Part shown: positions 43,655 to 54,539 of the stretch, in pieces | How the letters are laid out: every line of letters begins with the position of its first letter | Numbering within the stretch: position 1 is the stretch's first letter | Origin: Squalus acanthias | Lineage: Eukaryota | Length of the DNA stretch: 64,000 bases | Assembly (NCBI GenBank): GCA_030390025.1 | Contig: CM059438.1 | Span: forward strand, 57,290,001 to 57,354,000 | Reading direction: 5' to 3' | Position numbers and translations under genes: made by a program | The notes under the pieces: generated by a model | What the model was told of the DNA's origin: nothing | What the model saw: the letters and a program-made list of their open reading frames with translations, nothing else | Database searches by the model: none

Positions 43655-43899
43655 ATGGACTAGCAGAAATAGTTTTTCCATATTTACCTCAGCAATACCT
43701 CTCAATTTGAACACTGACATCAGATATTTCATTAACCCTCCCTGTTCTCATAAAAAGTTTCTCTAGTCTCCCCTGATAACTAAACCCTCTCATCTCTGGT
43801 ACAAAAGCAAAATACTGCGGATGCTGGAAATCTGAAATAAAAACAGAAAATGCTGGAAATACTCAGCAGGTCAGGCAGCATCTGTGGAGAGAGAAACAG

Positions 43900-43936
43900 A
43901 GTTAACGTTTCAGGTCGATGACTCTTCGTCAGAACT
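43900..43936 (-). ncRNA. Candidate minimal type I hammerhead ribozyme
   Basis: The minus strand reads AGTT-CTGACGA-AGAGTCATCGACCT-GAAA-CGTT-AACT. This gives the CUGANGA and GAAA core boxes, a stem II hairpin, AGTT/AACT stem I and a palindromic AACGTT in place of stem III, as described for Penelope ribozymes. Confidence 0.7.
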
Positions 43937-44640
43937 TGGAAAAAGCCGGAGGTGGAACAGGATTTTAAGCAAGTGTAGGGGCAGGGAAAGGGGGGAGGGG
44001 AGGAAAGAACAAAAGGGAAGGTCTGTGATAGGATGGAAAGCAGGAGAGATTAAAAGACAAAAGGGATGATGGTGCAAGGCAAAAGGAGATGGTAATGGGA
44101 CAAGTTAAGAAACAAAAGATGGCTCTAGATGAAGTGTAAATGGCAATGGCAGAATGAAAGACAGCTGCCATGTGAGAGAGAGAAAAAAAAATGGAAGAAA
44201 AAGATAGGGGCCGAGGTTATGGTCTGAAATTGTTGAACTCGATGTTGAGTCCAGAAGGCTGTAAAGTGCCTAATCGAAAGATGAGGTGCTGTTCCTCGAG
44301 CTTACATTGAGCTTCATTGGAACAGTGTAAGAGGCCGAGGACGGTGAGGTCTGAGTGGGAGTGGAGCGGAGAATTAAAGTGACAGGCGACCGGAAGCTCG
44401 GGGTCACCCTTACGGACTGAACGGAGGTGTTCCGCAAAGCGGTCACCCAATCTGCGTTTCGTCTGCCCAATGTAGAGGAGACCGCATCGTGAGCAGTGAA
44501 TACAGTATACTAAATTGCAAGAAGTACATGTAAATCGCTGTTTCACCTGGAAGGAGTGTTTGGGACCCTGGACAGTGGGAAGGGAGGAGATAAAAGGGCA
44601 GGTGTTGCATCTCCTGCGCTTGCAGGAGGCTGGTGGGGTG

Positions 44641-45975
44641 GATATCCAATCCCTCTACACCTCCAACCCCCTCTGCTCTGCTTCTTCCTTGAACAGAGGC
44701 CCAACCAGTCCCCATCCACCACCACCCTCCTCCGCCTGGCTGAACTTGTTCTCACATTGAACAACTTCTCCTTTGACTCCACTCACTTCCTCTAAATTAA
44801 AGGTGTTGCTATGGGAACCCACATGAGTCCTAGCTATGCCTCCCTTTTCGTGGGATAAGTGGAACATTATTTGTTCCAGTCCTACTCAGGTCCCCTCCCT
44901 CACCTCTTTTTCCAGTACATTGATGACTGTATCGGTGCTGTTTCCTGCTCTCGCGCTGAACTAGAAAATTTCATTCACTTTGCTTCCAATTTCCACCCCT
45001 TCCCTCACCTTCACATGGTCCATCTCCGACTCTTCCCTTCTCTTCCTCGACTTCTCTGTCTCCATCTCTGAGGATAGGCTATTGACAAACATTCACTACA
45101 AGCCCACTGACTCCCACAGCTACCTGGACTACACTTCCTCCCACCCCGCTTCCTGTAAGGACTCTATTCCATTCTCCCAGTTTCTCCGTCTCCGCCGCAT
45201 CTGCCCTGACGATGCCACCTTCAATACTAGTGCTTCCAACATGTCTTTCTTTTTCCTCAACCGAGGATTCCCCTCTACTGTGTTTGACACGGCCCTTGAC
45301 TGTGTCCGTTCTATTTCCCACACTTCTGCTCTCACCCCTTCCCCTCCCTCCCGGAACCACGATAGGGTTCCCCTTGTCCTCACCTTTCACCCCACCAGCC
45401 TCCACATTCAATGGATCATCCTCTGCCATTTCTGCCACCTCCAGCGTGATCCCACCACCAAACACATCTTCCCCTCACCACCCCCTTCAGCATTCCGAAG
45501 GGACTGCTCCCTCCGCGACACCCTGGTCCACTCTACTATCACCCCCAATACCCCTTCCCCTGGCACCTTCCCGTGCAAGCGCAGGAGATGCAACACCTGC
45601 CCTTTTACCTCCTCCCTTTCCACTGTCCAGGGCCCCAAACACTCCTTCCAGGTGAAACAGCGATTTACTTGTACTTTTTGCAATTTAGTATACTGTATTC
45701 GCTGCTCACGATGCGGTCTCCTCTACATTGGGGAGACGAAACGCAGATTGGGTGACCGCTTTGCGGAACACCTCCATTCAGTCCCTAAGGGTGACCCCGA
45801 GCTTCCGGTCGCCTGTCACTTTAATTCTCCGCTCCACTCCCACTCAGACCTCACCGTCCTCGGCCTCACTGTTCCAATGAAGCTCAATGTAAGCTCGAGG
45901 AACAGCACCGTATCTTTCGATTAGGCACTTTACAGCCTTCTGGACTCAACATCGAGTTCAACAATTTCAGACCAC
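44641..45975 (+). pseudogene. Penelope RT/GIY-YIG polyprotein remnant with stops and frameshifts
   Basis: ORF pieces 44515-44760, 44859-45071 and 44980-45924 carry consecutive Penelope-like RT and endonuclease motifs. Confidence 0.9.
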
Positions 45976-46255
45976 AACCTCGGCCCCTATCTTTTTTTTC
46001 CATTTTTTTTCTCTCTCTCACATGGCAGCTGTCTTTCATGCTGCCATCGTCATTTACACTTCATCTAGAGCCATCTTTTGTTTCTTAACTTGTCCCATTA
46101 CCATCTCCTTTTGCCTTGCACCATCATCCCTTTTGTCTTTTAATCTCTCCTGCCTTCCACCCTATCACAGACCTTCCCTTTTGTTCTTTCCTCCCCTCCC
46201 CCCTTTCCCTGCCCCTACACTTGCTTAAAATCCTGTTCCATCTCCAGCCTTTTCC

Positions 46256-46292
46256 CATTTTGACGAAGGGTCATCGACCTGAAACGTTAACT
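46256..46292 (+). ncRNA. Second hammerhead copy with a mutated core (C3>T)
   Basis: Reads TTGACGA-AGGGTCATCGACCT-GAAA-CGTTAACT and is the paralog of 43900-43936. Confidence 0.5.
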
Positions 46293-46507
46293 CTGTTTCT
46301 CTCTCCACAGATGCTGCCTGACCTGCTGAGTATTTCCAGCATTTTCTGTTTTTATTTCCTCTCATCTGTGGTATCATCTTAGTGAATCTCTTTGGTACCA
46401 TCTCCGTTGCTTTGACATCTTAAAACCCAGACAAAAACATAAATATTGATTAATTTTCCAACATATTGGAGACTCATCTGGGATTGTGACTTAAGAGATG
46501 CATAAAT

Positions 46508-46968
46508 TACAACAACAACAACAACAACTTGTATTTATATAGCGCCATTACTGTAGTATAACGTCCCAAGGTGCTTCACAGGAGTGTTATAAGACAAAAA
46601 ATTTGACACCGAGCCACTTAAGGAGAAATTAGGGCAGATGACCAAAAGCTTGGTCAAAGTATAGATTTTAAGGAGGGTCTTAAAGGAGGAAAGAGAGGTA
46701 GAGAGGCGGAGAGGTTTAGGGAGGGAATTTCAGAGCTTAGGGCCTAGGCAGCTAAAATTATGGCCCCCAATGGTGGAGCAATTAAAATCAGGGATGCTCA
46801 AGAGGGTAGAATTAGAGGAGCGCAGCTATCTCGGGGGGTTGTGGGGCTGGAGGAGATGACAGAGATAGGAAAGGGTGAGGCGATGGAGGGATTTGAAAAC
46901 AAGGATGAGAATTTTAAAATCGAGGTGTTGCTTAACCGGGAGCCAATGTAGGTCAGCAAGCACAGGAT
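46508..46968 (-). mobile_element. L2-clade LINE 3' fragment
   Basis: The minus strand encodes PVLADLHWLPVKQHLDFKILILVFKSLH, a typical L2 ORF2 C-terminus. The 3' end is GGCGCTATATAAATACAAG followed by (TTG)n. Confidence 0.85.
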
Positions 46969-47094
46969 AAATAGAGGCCCAAATTCCTCAGCCCTCTCAT
47001 GCATTCCTGCTGTAAATCTGCGTGGGAGTGCAGTGGAAATGCCGGGCCTGGATATTGAATTAGGAATGAAGCCGGTCGTAGGAACGAAGGAATT

Positions 47095-47456
47095 AACTTG
47101 CATTTATAAAGCATCTTTCACAACCTCAGGATGTCCCAAAGCGCTTCACAGCCAATGAAGTGAAGTCAAATATGACAGCAATGAGGTCAATGACCAGCTA
47201 AGCTGATTTTAGTGAAGTTGGTTGAGGGATAAATATTCGCCAGGACACTGGGGTTACTCCCCTGCTCTTCTTCGAATAGTGCCATGGAATACTTTACGTC
47301 TACCTTGGTTTAACGTCTCATCCGAAAGGTGGCACCTCACACTGAGGAAGTGCTGTATTAAAATTGCAGCCTAGGTTATGTGCTCATGTATTGGGAGTGG
47401 GACTTGAACCTATGACCTTCTGACTTAGATGTAAGTGTGCTACCACTGAGCCACAT
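47095..47456 (-). mobile_element. tRNA-derived SINE (SacSINE1/DeuSINE-like) with an L2-type tail
   Basis: On the minus strand: A box TGGCTCAGTGG, B box GGTTCAAGTCC, core CCTTTCGGATGAGACGTTAAACC and tail TATAAATGCAAGTT. Confidence 0.85.
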
Positions 47457-47826
47457 CATGTTAGGGTACCCCCTCAGCTTTGTAAGAGGAGGAACCTTCT
47501 CCCTACCGCTTACAAGGCCAGCTGCATGGAGGGATAGGGGGTGAGATCAGGGACCTTCTATGTTGGGAAGGTTGAGGCATCTTTGGAGGCCAGTATGCTG
47601 TGCGAAGAGGTGTACCACTCTCTTCCTCAGTGGACATGGGGTCCAGGCTAGGGAAGTGGTCTGTATTCCCAAAAATCAAAATGTTTGTGGTGAGTGTAAT
47701 GAGTCTCTCCTACAAAGTAGGCTGTGGGTGCTGAATGTGAATGTTTCCACGAGTCTGGGCAGCAAAGCCTCAGTATCCCAGGGCAGGCAAGTGCCCAAGA
47801 CTTGCCCCAAGAGGCATAGGTGTCAG

Positions 47827-47930
47827 ACGTGGCTCAGTGGTAGCACACTTACCTCTGAGTCAGAAGATCATAGGTTCAAGTCCCGCTCCCAATACTTAAG
47901 CACATAATCAATATATTTAAATAGGCTGAC
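47827..47930 (+). mobile_element. SINE tRNA-like head only
   Basis: GTGGCTCAGTGGTAGCAC...GGTTCAAGTCCC...GCACATAATC...TAGGCTGAC. Confidence 0.8.
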
Positions 47931-48192
47931 ATCCCATTTACCCTCCGTACTCTGGCAGAGTGGCAGAGTTAATCTGGTGGGCATGATTCCAGGGAACACA
48001 TTTTTGGGGATGATAATTTCTATTAAAAATTTTAAGTCCACACGAATACATTGACGTCAGAACTTTTCTAGCAACTGCTTTTGAATATTGACTCTTGCTG
48101 AGAAATCAAGGACTGATCTTGTAAAGCTCTGCTCTATTTATACATATGGAGTTCCATGAACTTACTGATAACTGAATTAGAACATGCCAGTT

Positions 48193-48402
48193 CATGGAAC
48201 CATAGAATCTTACAGCACAGAAGGAGGCCATTCGGCCCATCGTGCTTGTGCCAGCTCTTTGAAAGAGCTGTCCAATTAGTCCCACTCCCCTGCTCTTTCC
48301 CCATAGCTCTGCAAATTTTTCTTTTTTATGTATATATCCAATTCCCTTTTGAAAGGTACTACTGAAACTGCGTCCACCACCCTTTCAGGCAGTGCATTCC
48401 AG
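48193..48402 (-). mobile_element. Short CR1 3'-end fragment
   Basis: catagaatcttacagcacagaaggaggccattcggccc matches the other CR1 3' ends, and it encodes WNALPERVVDA. Confidence 0.85.
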
Positions 48403-49206
48403 CTAAAGAAATTCATTTTCAGCAATTCTTTTCCTTTGTCCCTGCTGCATGTTAGCAATGCTGCGTAGCAAATTCAGCGATTGTTAATTCTAAGGGGGTG
48501 AATTCCTACAGGGGAAGAGTCACAGAAATGCCGTGAAAACACAGTACAACACCATTTACACTGTTTTTCTGGGGTTTCCGGAGCTCTTCCTCCAAAGTTA
48601 TGGAGCATAAAGGAAGAACCTTCACACAATATACCTCCTAGGTTTCTATGATCATACTGAACTAAGTCACAATTTGGGCCCGGAGTTTCCTACTTTCGTC
48701 AGAGGAGGATCGAGAAGGGATCTTCTCCTTTGAGTACGTGGTGCTAATTCGACAAAGGAGAATTCTTCTACTCTCCGGGTCAACAATATTTGAAAATGAA
48801 TACATTTATCAAGAATAATATGTGTCCTGGTAAATTATGAGGCTACATATTCCAGACAGAAAGAGGCTCTATTTTCCCTTGTCTTATGGCTGGTAGCACT
48901 GTGTATTAAAAATCCAGAGCCAAAGATATCTGTGAAAAGCACAACATTCCAAGCACAAAGAGTTTCACATCGAAAATGAACAGGCATGTCTCATTGTAAC
49001 TTTTAATAGGACCAGGTGGGAAGAGGCTACAGAGACAACTCGAGCTCTAGCACTTGGAACTCATGGGTGTTGATGCAGATCTATTGAAATTAAAGTCTTG
49101 GTGAAGGTTGACTGCCAGACTGCCCAATTTAATGTTTTAATTCAGGGAATAAAATGCATTTGAGGTCAAATATCTCATCTAATTAGAAGCTTCCGAAGAA
49201 AGAAAC

Positions 49207-49892
49207 GGGGCGTTTTTAACTCTCTCTGCCTGGCGGTAACTGAGCGGTAGTGGGGTTAAAGTTGCAGTAGTGGACTTACTGCACTACTCGCTTCTTGACC
49301 GCTATCATATTACCTCTGGGGTTATCATGGGTGGCCAAGGCACCTGCCTGAATCAGGTGGGAGCGTCGTGAATCCATGTAAATTGGGGTCCTATGATGTA
49401 CATTGGACCCCGATGCAATTTTAATGGCCAACTGGGCGGAGTGTGTGCCAGGAATGCTTTGCTCAGTTTAACCTGGCGGGCAAGAGCAGGTGGCCCAAAA
49501 AGGTAAGTGTAGGGCCAGGTGGAGCAGGAGTGGGCCACTGCCACCCTGGGCTACCCCATTCTGTGATCGCACACCCTCCAGACTGAGCGCTCTGCTGGCC
49601 CGGAGCTGGTGATCTCTAGCGGGACGACTGTTCAGGATGTGCAGCTTACTGGATATATGTTAATGAGGCCGGGCCCTCGAAATGGAACCGGGCATCCCAC
49701 TGCCGGTACTGAGCGCCTGACCTGCTCGGCCCACCAGACAGCTGGCCGTATTGAACGGCTGGCCTAGACGTTCCGCCAGACAGCTGCCGGTATTGAACTG
49801 TTGGTCTACATGTTCCATCAGACGGCTGCCGGTATTAAACGATTGGCCTGTACGTTCCACCAGACGGCTGCCCCAAGGTTAAAATCCCCCCC
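49207..49892. mobile_element. MITE (Harbinger-type) with an internal 42-bp minisatellite
   Basis: Terminal inverted repeats GGGGCGTTTTTAAC / GTTAAAATCCCCCC. About three copies of a 42-bp unit lie at 49734-49872. It is inserted in the tail of the adjacent SINE. Confidence 0.7.
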
Positions 49893-50335
49893 AAAGAATT
49901 TGCATTTATATTGCACCTGCCACATCCTCAGGACATCCCATAGTGTTTTAAAGCCAATCAATTACTTTTTTTAAAGTCTAGTCACCATTGTATTGTAGGA
50001 AAATGCGGCAGCCAATTTGTGCACCGTAAGCTCAGAAAAACAATGCGATAAATGAGCAGTTAATCTATTTTTATGGTGTTGATTGAGTGTTGTCCAGGAC
50101 ACCAAGAGAGCTCCCGGCTCTTCTTTGACTAGAGCCATGGGCTCTTTCACATCCACATGAAAGGGCACATAGGGCCTTGGTTAAAGATCTGATCTGAAAG
50201 TTGGCACCTCTAACAATCTCCCTCAATACTTTGCTGAAGTATCAGCCTAGATTACATGCTCAAGTCTTCGAGTAGGGTGTGAACCCACAATCTTCTGACA
50301 GTGGCAAGAGTGCTAGCACTGAACCGAGCCTGACA
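49893..50335 (-). mobile_element. Diverged SacSINE1/DeuSINE-like SINE
   Basis: Colinear similarity to 47095-47456 across tail (ttgcatttata), core and tRNA head (gaacccacaa...gctagcactgaacc). Confidence 0.8.
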
Positions 50336-50632
50336 CTTTTCGAGAGTTATCAGATAGTTTGGAAAGAACACATGATCAGGAGTAGCTCAACATTGTACTT
50401 GGAGGCTTTAGTAGCCTTTCCATATGCTGCTTCACATCAAGGTGTGATTATACTTCAGTATCCAAAACCACAGACCTGCAGAGTGCACTTCCCATTCTGA
50501 TTGTAGTTTACTGCCCCCTCTTAGCGCTGCTCAGTGTCTCTACATTTCAATCTATACTATTAAGCCAATAGCTAAAAAGATGCTTTTTATTATATTTACT
50601 CAAGGCATGCAAAAACAGTCCAGAGTGGGGGA

Positions 50633-51210
50633 GGGGGGTGATTTTAACCCTATCCACCGGGTCGTAACCGGCCGGGTGGGTAGTTAAAATGCCCCGGGTA
50701 ACTTAACCCACCTGGATCCCGCCATCCGCAATTTTAATTCGGGTATCTGGATGGATGACTAAGGGTCCTACATGGAATATGCAAATTGTGGTCTGATGAT
50801 GTCAATCAGACCACAGCCACATTTGCACTGTAGCCTGAGCCAGAAAGCTGCTGTGGTTTTGCCACCAGGCTGAAGAAAGTCGGGACCTGCTCGGAAGATG
50901 CAGTGCCCCAAACAGGTAAGTTCTTTCCTTTCTGTGGCCAGGCGGAGCAGGAGTGCTCCTCTGTGCCCCCAAAGGAAAGTCACGGCCTTCCCTGCATCAG
51001 ACTCACTCCCCCTTCCCTCCCACGAGACCCCCTCGGAGGCCAGCAGCTGCTTTCCCCCCACTTCCCACCCATCCCAGGCAGGAAGTTAACCATGTTAATG
51101 AGGTCAAGGAGTTAAAATAGCCTGGGCTTGTGTTCTGCTGCAGCGGTTGAGTGTCTAACTCACCGCTCCCCCCCACCCACCGCCTGCCCGAAACCCCCAG
51201 GATTAATAAA
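50633..51210. mobile_element. MITE (Harbinger-type)
   Basis: Starts GGGGGTGATTTTAACCC and shares internal blocks with 42780 and 49207. The right end is approximate. Confidence 0.65.
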
Positions 51211-53959
51211 CTGACGTGTGGCCAACTCCTTTCTACTTACATTGCAGAGGTTCGTGATGTATTCAGATCAGGTGCTCTATTCAGGATCTTTATCTCATCT
51301 CTGTAAGACCTACATAGCAAAGCAGGATGAATTTAAAAGAAAGAAAACTACAAGCACCCTTTAGTTATTTTGTACACTACAGGCCTACTTTTATCAAATA
51401 TTTTGTACTTTTATCTACGTTATATAATTGGAAGCAGTGCAGGGCTATGGGAGACAGCAAGACAGTGGGATTAGTTTTGAATTGCTCCAGCAATGAGCTG
51501 GCACAGACGTGATGGAGAAGAATGGCCTCCTTCTGTGGTTCTCGTTAGATTGGTGGTAATATCCATTCAGTGTGTGATTCTAGTGCTCTTGGCTTTGCTT
51601 TTTCTACCTGCTAAGGTTTGACTTTGCAATGGATGCAGTAGCAGGAGTGCTCCTCTGGGCCCCAAAAGGAAAGTCACAGCCTTCCCTGCATCAGACTCAC
51701 TCCCCCTTCCCTCCCACGAGACCCCCCGGAGGCCAGCAGCTGCTTTCCCCCCACTTCCCACCCATCCCAGGCAGGAAGTGAACCATGTTAATCATAGAAA
51801 TTTACAGCACAGAAGGAGGCCATTCGGCCCATCTTGTCCATGCTGGCCAACACCCACCCTAAGGGATCCACCCTAATCCCACTTTCCAGCTCTTGGTCCA
51901 TAGCCTTGTAGGTTACAGCACTTCAAGTGCATATCCAAGCACTTTTTAAATGTGATGAGGGTCTCTGGCTCTACCACCCTTTCAGGCAGTGAGTTCCAGA
52001 CCCCATAACCCTCTGGGTGAAAAGATTTCTCCTCAAATCCCCTCTAAACCTCCGACCAATTACTTTAAATCTATGCCCCCTGGTTACTGACCCTTCTGCT
52101 AAGGGAAATAGGTCCTTCCTATCAACTCTATCTAGGCCTCTCATAATTTTATACAACTCAATTAGGTCTCCCCTCAGCCTCCTCTGTTCCAAAGAAAACA
52201 ACCCCAGCCTATCCAATCTTCCCTCATAGCTAAAATTCCCCAGCCCAGGCAACATCCTCATAAATCTCCTCTGCACCCCCTCTAGTGCAATCACATCCTT
52301 CCTGTAATGTGCTGACCAGAACTGCACGCAGTATTCTAGCTGTGGCCTAACTAGTGTTTTATACAGTTCAAGCATAACCTCCCTGCTCTTATATTCTATG
52401 CCTCGGCTAATAAAGGCAAGTATCCCATATGCCTTCTTAACCACCTTATCTACCTGTCCTGCTACCTTTAGGGATCAGTGGACATGCACTCCAAGGTCCC
52501 TCTGATCTTCTGCACTTCTCAGTGTCCTACCATTTATTGTGTATTCCCTTGCCTTGTTAGTCCTCCCCAAATACATTACCTCACACTTCTCCAGATTGAA
52601 TTCCATTTGCCACAGTTCTGCCCATCGGACCAGTCCATTGATATCTTCATGCAGTCTGCAGCTTTCTTCTTCATTATCAACCACACAGCCAATTTTTGTA
52701 TCATCTGCAAACTTCTTAATCATACTTCCTACATTCAAGTCCAAATCATTGATATATACCACAAAAAGCAAAGGACCTAGTACTGAGCCATGCGGAACCC
52801 CACTGGAAACAGCTTTCCAGTCACCAAAACACCCTTCAACCATTACCCTTTGTTTCCTGCCTCTGAGCCAATTTTGGATCCAACTTGCCACTTTGCCTTG
52901 AATCCCATGGGCTTTTACTTTAGTGACCAGTCTGCCATGCGGGACCTTATCAAAAGCCTTGCTAAAATCCATATAGACTACATCAAACGCACTACCCTCA
53001 TCGACCATCCTTGTTACCTCCTCAGAAAATTCAATCACGTTAGTCAGACATGACCTTCCCTTAACAAATCCGTGCTGACTGTCCCTGATTAATCCGTGTC
53101 TTTCTAAATGAAGATTTATCCTGTCCCTCAGAATTTTTTCCAATAATTTTCCCACCACTGAGGAAAGGCTGACTGGCCTATAATTACTTGGTCTATCCCT
53201 TTCTCCCTTTTTAAACAACGTTAGCAGTCCTCCAGTCCTCTGGCACCTCACCTGTAGCCTGAGAGGATTGGAAAATAATGATCAGAGCCTCTGCTATTTC
53301 CTCTCTTACTTCTCTTAACAGTCTGGGATACATTTCATCCGGACCTGGAGATTTATCCACTTTCAAAGATGCTAAACCCCTTAATATTTCCTCTATCACT
53401 ATGTTTATTTCATGAGGTTAATGAGGTCAAGGAGTTAAAATAGCCTGGGCCTGTGTTCTGCTGCAGCGGTTGAGTGTCTAACTCACCGCTCCCCCCACCC
53501 ACCGCCTGCCCGAAACCCCCAGGATTAATAAACTGACGTGTGGCCAACTCCTTTCTACTTACATTGCAGAGGTTCGTGATGTATTCAGATCAGGTGCTCT
53601 ATTCAGAGTCTTTATCTCATCTCTGTAAGACCTACATAGCAAAGCAGGATGAATTCAAAAGAAAGAAAACTACAAGCACCCTTTAGTTATTTTGTACACT
53701 ACAGGCCTACTTTTATCAAATATTTTGTCCTTTTATCTACGTTATATAATTGGAAGCAGTGCAGGGCTATGGGAGACAGCAAGACAGTGGGATTAGTTTT
53801 GAATTGCTCCAGCAATGAGCTGGCACAGACGTGATGGAGAAGAATGGCCTCCTTCTGTGGTTCTCATTAGATTGGTGGTAATATCCGTTCAGTGTGTGAT
53901 TCTAGTGCTCTTGGCTTTGCTTTTTCTACCTGCTAAGGTTTCTCTTTGCAATGGTTGCA
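50946..53959 (+). repeat. Direct tandem duplication of about 690 bp (50946-51637 and 51640-53959); the second copy is split by a LINE
   Basis: Near-identical text in both copies. The ORF track shows twin peptides at 51327/53649 and 50768/51567. Confidence 0.93.
51793..53411 (-). mobile_element. 5'-truncated CR1 LINE with a GTTAAT target-site duplication
   Basis: RT ORFs at 51971-52444, 52475-53251 and 53211-53399. GTTAAT occurs at 51787-51792 and 53417-53422. Confidence 0.95.
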
Positions 53960-54539
53960 CTGTGGAGATCTGCACTTTGGCTCCCATTATGTTTGAGCAT
54001 TCTCTGTCTCGCTCTATCTTCCCTCCTCAGAGGTTGATGATCAGCACATTCCATACTTTCTGATCTCTGCACAGGTAGATTGTCCCAGTGGCTGATGCTA
54101 CCCCTGCCCATTCCATCACAGCATCTAGCCACATGCTTCTTTGTCTGCCTCTTGATTAGTTACCATTAACTATTCCAGACAGCCACAACTCCAACAATGT
54201 TCTGTGTGACCTCCCAATAATAGGCCCTCACTCTCATTTTTCTCATCATAATCAGCCTCGTCACTTCTCCCGTGCTAGGTCAACGGCCCTCTCAAAAGTC
54301 ATTCTTCTTGTCCAGGTAATTTTGAGCATGTGTTTGTAGCACCATAACTCAAACATCTCCAGTCACTTTCATACTTCTAAGGACAAATTTAAACTAAGGA
54401 TAACTCAAATTGGTGTGATTGTGTAGAATTGCTTTCTGGATTTGTTTCAATCTGAGACCTGGATCGGAGCTTCTGATTGCTGTCCAGTGACTCCCGCTGG
54501 GAACTCCACAGATGTAAATATTGGACCTGAGGTCCAAAC

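Larger units (their letters stand above)
43802..46357 (+). mobile_element. Penelope-like retroelement (RT plus GIY-YIG endonuclease) with an inverted 3' arm and a 16-bp target-site duplication
   Basis: Plus-strand motifs DIQSLYTS, GVAMGTHMSPSYA, YIDD, CKRRRCNTC and LVYCIRCSRCGLLYIGETKRRLGDRFAEH. 43802-44624 is the reverse complement of 45574-46357. Flanked by cctctcatct(c/g)tggta at 43786-43801 and 46358-46373. Confidence 0.95.
41820..46415 (-). mobile_element. Old CR1 3' fragment broken into four pieces by two MITEs and a Penelope element
   Basis: Pieces at about 41820-41880, 42557-42779, 43660-43800 and 46358-46415 align colinearly with the CR1 3' end seen at 51793-52300. Confidence 0.7.

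Noticed and set aside
47827..47890. tRNA gene
   Set aside because: It continues into SINE body sequence and lacks a complete acceptor stem and terminator.
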